Below, piece by piece: positions 18,465 to 26,389 of a stretch of 35,818 bases of DNA. The position numbers and the translations under genes were made by a program. Within the stretch, counting starts at the first letter, position 1, and the number at the start of each line of letters is the position of its first letter. The DNA comes from Vulcanimicrobiaceae bacterium. Its GTDB lineage: Bacteria > Vulcanimicrobiota > Vulcanimicrobiia > Vulcanimicrobiales > Vulcanimicrobiaceae. The notes beneath the pieces were generated by a model. It was given only the letters and a program-made list of their open reading frames with translations, ran no database searches and was not told where the DNA came from. The stretch spans positions 407 to 36,224 of the forward strand of contig JBHEMM010000012.1 of NCBI GenBank assembly GCA_046262595.1, in the 5' to 3' direction.

Positions 18465-18977
18465 TTGAACGAGAAAGAGATCGTCCTCACCGCGGAAGGC
18501 CTGGAAAAGCTCGAACACGAGCTCGACGACCTGAAATCCGTGCATCGCCGCGAGGTCAACGACCGTATTCGCCAGGCCAAAGAGTTCGGCGACCTGAGCG
18601 AAAACGCCGAATATGAGGACGCCAAGCAGGAACAGGCGTTCATTGAAGGCCGCATCCTCAAGCTCGAATCCATGATCCGCAATGCGCGCCTGATCAACGA
18701 GGCCGAATACGCCGCGGACGAAGTGCATCTCGGCTCGATCGTCAAGGTGAAAGACCTCAAGACGAGCGCCGCGCACGAGTTTTCGATCGTCGGTTCCGCT
18801 GAAGCGGACCCGGTTAACGGCAGGGTGAGCAATGAGTCGCCCTTAGGCCGCTCGCTTATCGGCCATAAGAAGGGTGAGAGTGTGGACGTGTCCACGCCGC
18901 GCGGCATCGCAAAATACAAGATTGAATCGATAAAAAGCGGGAGTGGTCTGAAACGAGCCGCTAAGAAAGCTTCTTGA
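18465..18977 (+). CDS. greA: Transcription elongation factor GreA
   Basis: GDLSENAEYEDAK, SNESPLG; TTG start with SD GAGGT. Confidence 0.96.
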   Translation: MNEKEIVLTAEGLEKLEHELDDLKSVHRREVNDRIRQAKEFGDLSENAEYEDAKQEQAFIEGRILKLESMIRNARLINEAEYAADEVHLGSIVKVKDLKTSAAHEFSIVGSAEADPVNGRVSNESPLGRSLIGHKKGESVDVSTPRGIAKYKIESIKSGSGLKRAAKKAS

Positions 18978-18981
18978 AGCC

Positions 18982-20472
18982 ATCGAGGACCTAGGCAACT
19001 CCGAGAAAGCATTAATAGCGGCCAGACGTGAAAATCTGGCCGCTATGCGTTCGCGCGGTTGTGACCCGTTCGCGCAGACCCGTTACGACGTCGATACGAA
19101 CGTCGCCGAGCTCCTCCAGAAGTACGCCTTCCTCGTCACCGGTGAAAAGGCTGAAAGCGAAGACTGGTCGATCGCGGGGCGCATTGTGTCCAAACGCGAC
19201 ATGGGCAAGACCATCTTCGCCGATCTGACCGACCGCACCGGACGCGTTCAGCTCTATATCCGTAAAGACGAGGCCGGCGAGGAGCGCTTCGCCGATTGGA
19301 AAGACGCCGACATCGGCGACATCGCGGGCGTTCGCGGCTTTCTGTTCCGCTCGCAAAAGGGCGAACTCTCACTGCACGTCAAGTCGTTTGCGATTCTGAC
19401 GAAGTCGCTCTATCCGCTTCCCGACAAATGGCACGGGCTCACCGATGTGGAGAAGCGCTACCGCCAGCGGTACGTCGATCTGATCGTGAACCCGCCGGTG
19501 CGGGACTCGTTCGTCATGCGCAGCCGCCTGCTGGCGGAGATGCGCCGTTTCATCGACTCCCACGGCTTCCTTGAAGTCGAAACGCCGACCCTGCTGCACG
19601 TTGCGGGCGGCGCCGCCGCCCGGCCGTTCGTCACGCACGTGAACGCGCTGGATCAGGCGATGCAGCTGCGCATTGCAACGGAACTGAATCTCAAGCGGCT
19701 TATCGTCGGCGGCATGGAGCGCGTCTACGAAATCGGACGCATCTTTCGCAACGAAGGCATCGACACGACGCACAATCCCGAGTTCACGATGCTCGAACTG
19801 TACGCGGCATATTGGAACGTCCACGACATGAGGGAGTTCAACGAAGCGCTGGTCGCGCATCTGGTTTCCGTCGTGACCGGCGGCAAGGACGAGCTGCGCA
19901 TTGGCGCGCACGACGTTTCCTTCAAGCGCCCGTTCGCGCGGGTTGAGTATTTGGAAGGCATTGCGGCGCACGGCGGCTACACGCGCGAACAGCTGCTCAG
20001 TCCGGACGGCGCTGCCGGAATACTGAAGGCCCTGGCGTTGCCGCCCTCGCCGACGCACGGCCACGCGCTCGATAAAATTTTTGAGCGCGTCTTGGAGCCG
20101 AAGCTCACGCAGCCGACCTTCGTTACGGGCTACCCGGTCATTATCTCTCCGCTTGCCAAACGGCGAGACGGAGATCCTGATATCACGGACCGCTACGAGC
20201 TGTTTTGCACGTCCATGGAAATCAGCAACGCGTTCACCGAGCTGAACGATCCCGACGATCAACGTGCGCGCTTCGAAGCGCAGATGGCCGAACGCGCGCA
20301 AGGTGATGAAGAAATTCCCGAACCCGATTGGGACTTCGTTCGCGCGCTGGAATACGGCATGCCGCCCACGGCCGGCATCGGTATCGGCGTTGACCGGCTC
20401 GTGATGCTGCTCACGAATAATCCCAGCATCCGGGACGTCATCCTGTTTCCACTGCAGCGCCAGCACGGCTGA
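18982..20472 (+). CDS. lysS: Lysine--tRNA ligase, class II (start uncertain; first ATG at 19045)
   Basis: YRQRYVDL, GGAAARPF, LRIATEL, FRNEGID, HNPEFTMLE, YGMPP, GIGVDRL. Confidence 0.97.
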   Translation: MEDLGNSEKALIAARRENLAAMRSRGCDPFAQTRYDVDTNVAELLQKYAFLVTGEKAESEDWSIAGRIVSKRDMGKTIFADLTDRTGRVQLYIRKDEAGEERFADWKDADIGDIAGVRGFLFRSQKGELSLHVKSFAILTKSLYPLPDKWHGLTDVEKRYRQRYVDLIVNPPVRDSFVMRSRLLAEMRRFIDSHGFLEVETPTLLHVAGGAAARPFVTHVNALDQAMQLRIATELNLKRLIVGGMERVYEIGRIFRNEGIDTTHNPEFTMLELYAAYWNVHDMREFNEALVAHLVSVVTGGKDELRIGAHDVSFKRPFARVEYLEGIAAHGGYTREQLLSPDGAAGILKALALPPSPTHGHALDKIFERVLEPKLTQPTFVTGYPVIISPLAKRRDGDPDITDRYELFCTSMEISNAFTELNDPDDQRARFEAQMAERAQGDEEIPEPDWDFVRALEYGMPPTAGIGIGVDRLVMLLTNNPSIRDVILFPLQRQHG

Positions 20473-20517
20473 CGCGCACGTCAACGACGTTGCCGTGTTC
20501 GACGACGGCAAAACGCT

Positions 20518-20534
20518 GGCGGTTTGCAACCGCC
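20518..20534 (+). terminator. Possible hairpin downstream of lysS
   Basis: GGCGGTT-tgc-AACCGCC perfect 7-bp stem, but no U-tract. Confidence 0.3.
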
Positions 20535-20593
20535 GAAGAGGTTGTGGGGTCTTGCGGTATGTAACCTACTTTTGGTAAGCAAGGAGCCCCTAG

Positions 20594-21034
20594 ATGGATT
20601 TAACCAAGACCTACCCGCGCAGCGTGCATGAAAAATGGCTGGGCATCGTTCAGTTGGGCCGCGCCCTCGATAAGGGCAAAGCGAAAGCGCACGGCAACGT
20701 CGGCGAGTACAACTACGACTGTCCGATGGACAAGGGCGTCTTCGACTTTCTCGGCATGGACGGTGAAGAGTTCCTGGCCGTCATCAAGAACGCCAAGAGC
20801 GATGCCGAGATCGAAGCGTACGCAAAGCCGTTTGTCGATAAGAAGACGCCCGAAGAGATCGCGCGCTGGAACGACGAGTGGTTGACGCACACGTATTCGG
20901 ACGAGAGCCGCGAATATTTTCTGAATCTGCGGGAAGCGGCCGCTCCGGGACGGACGGACGTGACGACGTGGGCAGACGTGCTGGATCTCGACGAGAAGCG
21001 CGACGTTCCCAAGCGGACGCCGGTAGCGGTTTAA
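20594..21034 (+). CDS. DUF5069-family protein
   Basis: DL...PRS, GR..DK.KA...G..GEY.YDCPMD pattern; strong SD AAGGAG. Confidence 0.75.
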   Translation: MDLTKTYPRSVHEKWLGIVQLGRALDKGKAKAHGNVGEYNYDCPMDKGVFDFLGMDGEEFLAVIKNAKSDAEIEAYAKPFVDKKTPEEIARWNDEWLTHTYSDESREYFLNLREAAAPGRTDVTTWADVLDLDEKRDVPKRTPVAV

Positions 21035-21813
21035 CCACCATTCGTGCCGTCGTCGCGTACGACGGCACGAACTTTTCCGGCATGCAGTTTCAGCCGCGCG
21101 AACGCACCGTCGCTGGCGAGCTGGAAAAAACGTTCAGTACCTTGCTCGCGCACGACGTGAAACTCACGTGCGCCGGGCGCACCGATTCCGGCGTTCACGC
21201 CAGCGGACAAGTCGTTTCGTTTCGAAGCGGGTCGGCTTTTCCGTTCGAGCGTCTGCCCATTGCGTCGAACTCCGCGCTTGCGGACGACGTGTCCGTGCTT
21301 GATGCACATCGGGTTCGCGATAGCTTCTCGGCGCGTTTCTCCGCCATAGAGCGCACGTACGTGTATGCGATCTACGCAGCGCCGCAGCGTTCGGCTCTGT
21401 ACGCGCGCTTCGCCTACCATGTCTGGATGCCGTTGGATCTTCGCGCGTTTGAAGCAGGCGCGCGGCATCTCATCGGCGAGCACGATTTCCGCTCGTTTTG
21501 CGGCGTGCTTCCTCTGCGCGGCCCAACCACGCGTACCGTGCAGCAGCTGAGCGTCGAACGGCGAGGCAACATCGTGCGCATCGAGATCCGCGCCGACGGC
21601 TTTCTGCACCGCATGGTGCGCACGATTGTCGGGACGCTGCTCGAGTGCGCCATGGGACGGCGCAATGCGGACGAAATGCCGGCAATTCTGGCAGCGCGCA
21701 ATCGGAAGGCCGCCGGACTTACCGCGCCGGCGCGCGGCCTGTATCTAGCGGGCGTGCGCTACCGCGACGGATTCGATTCGTTGGTCGAGCCGGCGATTAC
21801 GTTTTCGGGGTGA
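21031..21813 (+). CDS. truA: tRNA pseudouridine(38-40) synthase (start uncertain)
   Basis: AYDGTNFSGMQ, AGRTDSGVHA, GEHDFRSF, FLHRMVRTIVG, TAPARGLYL. Confidence 0.95.
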   Translation, partial: LTTIRAVVAYDGTNFSGMQFQPRERTVAGELEKTFSTLLAHDVKLTCAGRTDSGVHASGQVVSFRSGSAFPFERLPIASNSALADDVSVLDAHRVRDSFSARFSAIERTYVYAIYAAPQRSALYARFAYHVWMPLDLRAFEAGARHLIGEHDFRSFCGVLPLRGPTTRTVQQLSVERRGNIVRIEIRADGFLHRMVRTIVGTLLECAMGRRNADEMPAILAARNRKAAGLTAPARGLYLAGVRYRDGFDSLVEPAITFSG

Positions 21814-22349
21814 ACGGTGTAATCGAAGCGCACGAACGTCATCCCGTGCGCGTTCGCTTCATCCGCAGGATGTTCGCCGAGCGGAACGCGGATGCAATCG
21901 CGCGCCGGCGCAACGTAGCGCACGTCGCCTTCCGCTTGCGTGTTCACCTCCGTTGCATAGACGCTGTCCACAACGCCGGCGAACGCTTCGAACACGTGTG
22001 CGCCGCCGATCACCGCAATCTCCCCCGCGCCTTGCGCTAACGCCAGTGCCTCGTCCGGCGAGTGCGCGATTTCCACGCCGTCCGCGGCGAAGTCCCCGGC
22101 GCGGGAGAGCACGATGTTGCGCCGCAATTTGAGCGGTTTCCCTATGGAAGCGAACGTTTTGCGCCCCACGATCACCGCCTTGCCGATTGTGAGCGCTTTG
22201 AAGTGCAGCAGATCCGCCGGCAGATGCCAAGGCAGCGCGCCGTCGCGTCCCATGGTGCCGCGCTCGTCGTAGGCGACGACAAAGATGATGCGCGCCGGGC
22301 CTGCGATGTTAAACGGCCACCTGCGCGCGGATAGGCGGGTGCGCTTCAT
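21759..22349 (-). CDS. folA: Dihydrofolate reductase (start uncertain)
   Basis: [36 protein letters not shown]; follows thyA. Confidence 0.92.
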   Translation of the reverse strand: MKRTRLSARRWPFNIAGPARIIFVVAYDERGTMGRDGALPWHLPADLLHFKALTIGKAVIVGRKTFASIGKPLKLRRNIVLSRAGDFAADGVEIAHSPDEALALAQGAGEIAVIGGAHVFEAFAGVVDSVYATEVNTQAEGDVRYVAPARDCIRVPLGEHPADEANAHGMTFVRFDYTVHPENVIAGSTNESNPSR

Positions 22350-23103
22350 AGCCGGCGAAGACAAAGTCCTCGAACCGGTAGTCGAAGAGCGAATGCGGCC
22401 GGCGTTTAAACGCCAGGTGCGGCAGCGGGAGCGGTGTGCGCGTCAACTGGAGGCGGGTCTGCTCCAAGTGCGTGTTGTAAAGATGGCAGTCGCCGCCGGT
22501 CCAAATGAATTCACCCGGTTCCAAATTACACTGGTGCGCCACCATATGCGTGAGCAGTGCGTAGGACGCAATATTGAACGGTACACCTAAAAATGCGTCC
22601 GCGCTGCGCTGATACAGTTGACACGAAAGCTTGCCGTCCGCAATGTAAAATTGGAAGAGCACATGACACGGCAGCAGCGCCATCTTCGGCAACTCGGCCA
22701 CGTTCCAAGCGCTCACGATGAGCCGGCGCGAATCGGGATTGCGCTTGATCTCCTCGAGCACTTGCGAGAGCTGATCGATCACCGGGCCGTCCGGCGCGCG
22801 CCACGAGCGCCATTGCTCGCCGTACACCGGGCCCAAGTTGCCGTGCTCGTCCGCCCATTCGTCCCAAATGGTTACGCCGTTGTCGTGCAGATACTGCACG
22901 TTCGTATCGCCGCGCAAAAACCAGAGCAGTTCGTGCACGATGGACTTGAGGTGCAGCTTTTTCGTCGTGACGAGCGGGAAGCCGTCATGCAGATCGAAGC
23001 GCATCTGATAGCCGAACAGGCTGCGCGTGCCGGTGCCCGTGCGGTCTCCCTTGACCGCCCCGCGCTCCATGATGTCGTTAAGGAATTGCAGGTACGCTCG
23101 CAC
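22309..23103 (-). CDS. thyA: Thymidylate synthase
   Basis: [45 protein letters not shown]. Confidence 0.98.
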   Translation of the reverse strand: MRAYLQFLNDIMERGAVKGDRTGTGTRSLFGYQMRFDLHDGFPLVTTKKLHLKSIVHELLWFLRGDTNVQYLHDNGVTIWDEWADEHGNLGPVYGEQWRSWRAPDGPVIDQLSQVLEEIKRNPDSRRLIVSAWNVAELPKMALLPCHVLFQFYIADGKLSCQLYQRSADAFLGVPFNIASYALLTHMVAHQCNLEPGEFIWTGGDCHLYNTHLEQTRLQLTRTPLPLPHLAFKRRPHSLFDYRFEDFVFAGYEAHPPIRAQVAV

Positions 23104-23151
23104 GGTAACGCTGTTTCGCCTAAAGCGGCCGGCCGCCCCGCCTTAACGCGC

Positions 23152-23577
23152 TTAATACGCAAGCCGCTCGAACAGGCCGAGCAATGCAAGCCGATCGCTG
23201 CGCGTAACGTGGGAGAGCAGCGCTTCGCCGGCGATGCGATCCACCGTCGGGGTCGCTTCGTCCAAACGAACGCGCCCCGCATCGGTCAAGACGACATAGC
23301 TGCCGCGCGCGTCGCGCTCATCGCTTATGCGTTCGAGCAAACCGATGCGTTGCAGCGGCAGCACGGCACGCGTCACGCCCGAGGGGCTCAAGAGCACGCG
23401 TTTTGCCAAATCGCTCGCGCGAAGACGGCCGCCCTGCACTGCGGACAACTCGCTCAGAATCAAGAAGTCGGTCATGCCGATACCGTGGGCGCCGCCCAGA
23501 GGACCTTCCAGCCGGCGGCGCAGGGCGGCCTCCGCGCGCGAAAGGCCGAGTGCAAAGGCGACGTTTTCCGTGAGCAT
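23152..23577 (-). CDS. MarR-family transcriptional regulator
   Basis: DLAKRVLLSPSGVTR, ERISDERDARG, LTDAG winged-helix pattern. Confidence 0.92.
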   Translation of the reverse strand: MLTENVAFALGLSRAEAALRRRLEGPLGGAHGIGMTDFLILSELSAVQGGRLRASDLAKRVLLSPSGVTRAVLPLQRIGLLERISDERDARGSYVVLTDAGRVRLDEATPTVDRIAGEALLSHVTRSDRLALLGLFERLAY

Positions 23578-23584
23578 GAAAGGC

Positions 23585-23617
23585 AGTATAGTTGCGCGCT
23601 CAGATACTTGTCAAGTA
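23585..23617 (-). promoter_or_regulatory. Sigma70 promoter for marR (leaderless) overlapped by a palindromic operator
   Basis: TTGACA (23614-23609), 18 nt, TATACT (23590-23585), 7 nt to ATG; palindrome TACTTG-T-CAAGTA at 23605-23617. Confidence 0.75.
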
Positions 23618-23635
23618 AGTTTCCGCACGAAAGGC

Positions 23636-23664
23636 TTGACGGAGGCGAAAAAACACCGTAGACT
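23636..23664 (+). promoter_or_regulatory. Sigma70 promoter for rplM-rpsI
   Basis: TTGACG-17 nt-TAGACT, 9 nt before the rplM ATG, no SD. Confidence 0.75.
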
Positions 23665-23673
23665 TTCCCGGTT

Positions 23674-24099
23674 ATGCGGACCTTTCAACAAAAAACGGCC
23701 GACGCCACCCACGACTGGTATATCGTCGACGCGCAAGGCCAGCGTCTGGGAACGCTTGCCGTTCGCGTGGCACGCGCCCTTTCCGGCAAGCACAAGCCGA
23801 CGTGGACGCCGCACATCGATGCCGGCGATCATGTGGTCGTCATCAATGCCGACAAAATCGAGCTGGGCGGCAAAAAGTGGGACAACAAACTGTATTACCG
23901 CCATAGCGGATTCCCGGGCGGCATCAACGTGCAGACCGCGCGCGAAATCAAAGACAAGCATCCCGAACGCCTCGTGGAGCGCGCCGTTCGCGGCATGCTT
24001 CCGACCAACCGCATGCGCAACGTCCAGCTCGGCCGTTTGAAGGTCTACGCCGGCGCCGCGCATCCGCATGACGCACAAAAGCCGGAACCGCTGGCGTAG
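23674..24099 (+). CDS. rplM: 50S ribosomal protein L13
   Basis: WYIVDA, GKHKPTWTPHID.GD, YYRHSGFPGG, AVRGMLP. Confidence 0.98.
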   Translation: MRTFQQKTADATHDWYIVDAQGQRLGTLAVRVARALSGKHKPTWTPHIDAGDHVVVINADKIELGGKKWDNKLYYRHSGFPGGINVQTAREIKDKHPERLVERAVRGMLPTNRMRNVQLGRLKVYAGAAHPHDAQKPEPLA

Positions 24100-24107
24100 G
24101 AGTACCT

Positions 24108-24497
24108 GTGATCGATCAATTTCAAGGCACCGGCCGCCGTAAACGCTCCATCGCGCGCGTTCGCATTTCGCTCGGCCAGGGCGTCATCACCATCAACAAA
24201 CGTCCGATGGACGAATACTTTCCGCGTCCGACGCTGCAGCAGATCGTGAAGCAGCCGCTTGAAGCGACGCAAAGTTTGACACGCTTCAACATCGATGTCA
24301 AAGCCGAGGGCGGCGGAATCGCCGGGCAAGCGGGCGCCGTGCGCCACGGTATCGCGCGCGCGCTGATGGCGATGGATGAATCGCTGCGCGACGTTTTGCG
24401 CAAGCAAGGTCTGCTCACGCGCGATCCGCGCGAAAAAGAGTCGAAGAAATACGGCCGCAAACGCGCGCGCAAACGCTTCCAATTTAGCAAACGCTAA
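24108..24497 (+). CDS. rpsI: 30S ribosomal protein S9
   Basis: GTGRRK, GGG..GQAGA.RHGIARAL, C-terminal QFSKR. Confidence 0.98.
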   Translation: MIDQFQGTGRRKRSIARVRISLGQGVITINKRPMDEYFPRPTLQQIVKQPLEATQSLTRFNIDVKAEGGGIAGQAGAVRHGIARALMAMDESLRDVLRKQGLLTRDPREKESKKYGRKRARKRFQFSKR

Positions 24498-25534
24498 AGC
24501 GCAGCATTCCGCTCGACATCGCGTGCATGCTCGCCGGCATTCTTGCGGCGAGCGTGCGGCCGAGCGCGAAGTGGGTCGAGCAGAGTTTCAGCAACGGTTA
24601 CTATCCCGGATGGGAGCACTTTTGGAGTTCGTTCACTGCGGTGCTCCCATTTGCTTTGGGAGACGTCATCGCTCTGGCGGGCATTGCGGCCGCGCTGGGC
24701 GCGCTGCTCTTCGTCCGTCCGTGGTGGCGCGCGCTGCTCGGCATCGCGGCGCTTGCGGGATGTTTCGTTTTTTGGTTCTATGCCGGCTGGGGCTTCGGGT
24801 ACGATCGCGCACCGCTGGAGGCGCGCACCGCGTTCTCCCCGGATCGCGTGAACGACCGCACGATCGACGCGCTGCGCGCGCAGGCGGCAACGGAAGTGAA
24901 TCTGCTCGCGGCGCCGGCGCACCGCGCGAATGCCGCCGGCGCTTTCGATCTGCAGCGTTTAAACACTGCGTGGCTTCCGGTCGCGCAGCGGCTGGGCGAT
25001 GCGTGGACGCCGCACGTCGCCGCCGCCAAGCCGACGCTGGCGGGCGCGTTCATGGACCTGAACGGAACGACCGGATTCACCAATCCGTTCTCACTCGAGA
25101 CGCAGCTCGCGCCGGATCTGCTCTGGTTCGAACGTCCCTTCACGCAAGCGCACGAATGGAGCCACGCTGCGGGTTTCAACCGCGAGGACGAAGCGAACTA
25201 TATCGGCCTGCTGGCCTGTTTGCGCGACGGCGACGTGGTGGCGCAGTACTCGGGCTGGCTCGAACTGTTCTTGTATCTCCCGCGCCTGCAAAACTATCCG
25301 CATAAGATGTTCACCGGGCAGGTTTGGGCGGATTTCGCCGCGCTGCGCAAGCGCAACGCGCATTTCGTGAACCTCAACTTCTCCCGGTTTTCTTGGCACG
25401 TCTACAACTCGTATCTGCAGAGCAATCATATCGCTTCGGGCGTGCGCAACTATGACGAGGTCACGCGGCTGCTGGCGGGCATCCCGCTGGACGCCGCCGG
25501 CTTGCCTGCGACGCGTGCCGACATAAAGCGGTAA
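24494..25534 (+). CDS. DUF3810-family membrane-anchored putative zinc metallopeptidase (first ATG at 24527)
   Basis: N-terminal TM helices, WGFGY.R, G...PF..E, HEWSH (HExxH) and REDEANY. Confidence 0.8.
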   Translation, partial: LKRSIPLDIACMLAGILAASVRPSAKWVEQSFSNGYYPGWEHFWSSFTAVLPFALGDVIALAGIAAALGALLFVRPWWRALLGIAALAGCFVFWFYAGWGFGYDRAPLEARTAFSPDRVNDRTIDALRAQAATEVNLLAAPAHRANAAGAFDLQRLNTAWLPVAQRLGDAWTPHVAAAKPTLAGAFMDLNGTTGFTNPFSLETQLAPDLLWFERPFTQAHEWSHAAGFNREDEANYIGLLACLRDGDVVAQYSGWLELFLYLPRLQNYPHKMFTGQVWADFAALRKRNAHFVNLNFSRFSWHVYNSYLQSNHIASGVRNYDEVTRLLAGIPLDAAGLPATRADIKR

Positions 25535-25545
25535 TAAGTTCGTTC

Positions 25546-25579
25546 GATCGCGGACACATCGTGCGCGTATCGTGGACGC
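25546..25579 (+). promoter_or_regulatory. Degenerate copy of the flagellar-cluster upstream motif (CGGACACA-N9-TATCGT-N6-ATG)
   Basis: Same spacing to the ATG as the copies at 31619, 33917 and 35512. Confidence 0.5.
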
Positions 25580-25798
25580 ATGTTCGATATCTCTGGACCA
25601 CTGTTGGACGCGCTCTCCGGCGCGAGCGCGCAACTCTCGCAAGCCGCCTCGCAAACGGCTCGCGCGCAAACACCGCTGGGTACGGCGAGCTCCGACGCTG
25701 CGATGGCTTCGCTCGCTCAGCGCACGCTGTTCACGGAAGCCCTCCTGAGCGCCGTTCACGCGCGTTTGGCGGAAGTGAAAAACGTGACGCATGGGTAG
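25580..25798 (+). CDS. flgB: Miniature, divergent FlgB-like proximal rod protein
   Basis: First gene before flgC-fliE-fliF; ASQTARAQTP echoes ANNIANADTP; only 72 aa. Confidence 0.5.
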   Translation: MFDISGPLLDALSGASAQLSQAASQTARAQTPLGTASSDAAMASLAQRTLFTEALLSAVHARLAEVKNVTHG

Positions 25799-26123
25799 TT
25801 TGGAGATGCTGCAAACGGCAGCGGCAGGCATGGAAGCGCAGCGCGCTGCGCTGGATGTGGCCGCGCGAAACATTGCCGCCGCGCAAGCCGCCGGCCCGCT
25901 CGGTTCGTACGAAAGGGCCGTACCGCAGTTTCGCCTGACGAACGATGGCGACGAACCGCAGATCGCCTTCAACGGCACGCGCGTCGAGCGCGGCAGCAGT
26001 GTAAATGCCTTGACGGAAATGGTCAGCGTCTTGAACGCCTCGCGCGCGTACGAAGCGAACGCCTCGGTTTTTGAAGCGGGCAAACAACTCGCGCTGCGCA
26101 CGATCGACATGGGCAAAGTATGA
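25791..26123 (+). CDS. flgC: Flagellar basal-body rod protein FlgC-like (short)
   Basis: AAGMEAQR..LDVAARNIA and VN...EMV....ASRAYEAN. Confidence 0.85.
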   Translation: MGSLEMLQTAAAGMEAQRAALDVAARNIAAAQAAGPLGSYERAVPQFRLTNDGDEPQIAFNGTRVERGSSVNALTEMVSVLNASRAYEANASVFEAGKQLALRTIDMGKV

Positions 26124-26386
26124 GGGTCGAAATGCTCGTTCCCGACGCCGCGCCCGCGCGCGTTACGAGCGCGCCCGATGGGAACGCGTTCACTTCCATG
26201 CTGGATGACGTTGGAGCCGTGCTCGCAAAAGCGGAAGGCGCCGAGGACGCGTTTGCCAGCGGCGGCGGCGATCTGCAATCCGCCGTGTACGAGCGCGCCC
26301 GCGCCGACGTCGCGCTCTCCGTTGCAACCGCAGCTGCGCAGCGGTCGGCACAGGCGCTGCAAACGCTCGCAAACATGCAGGTGTAA
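26120..26386 (+). CDS. fliE: Flagellar hook-basal body protein FliE-like
   Basis: F...L...., A...G..DL, RA.VAL, C-terminal MQV; synteny. Confidence 0.8.
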   Translation: MRVEMLVPDAAPARVTSAPDGNAFTSMLDDVGAVLAKAEGAEDAFASGGGDLQSAVYERARADVALSVATAAAQRSAQALQTLANMQV

Positions 26387-26389
26387 GGC

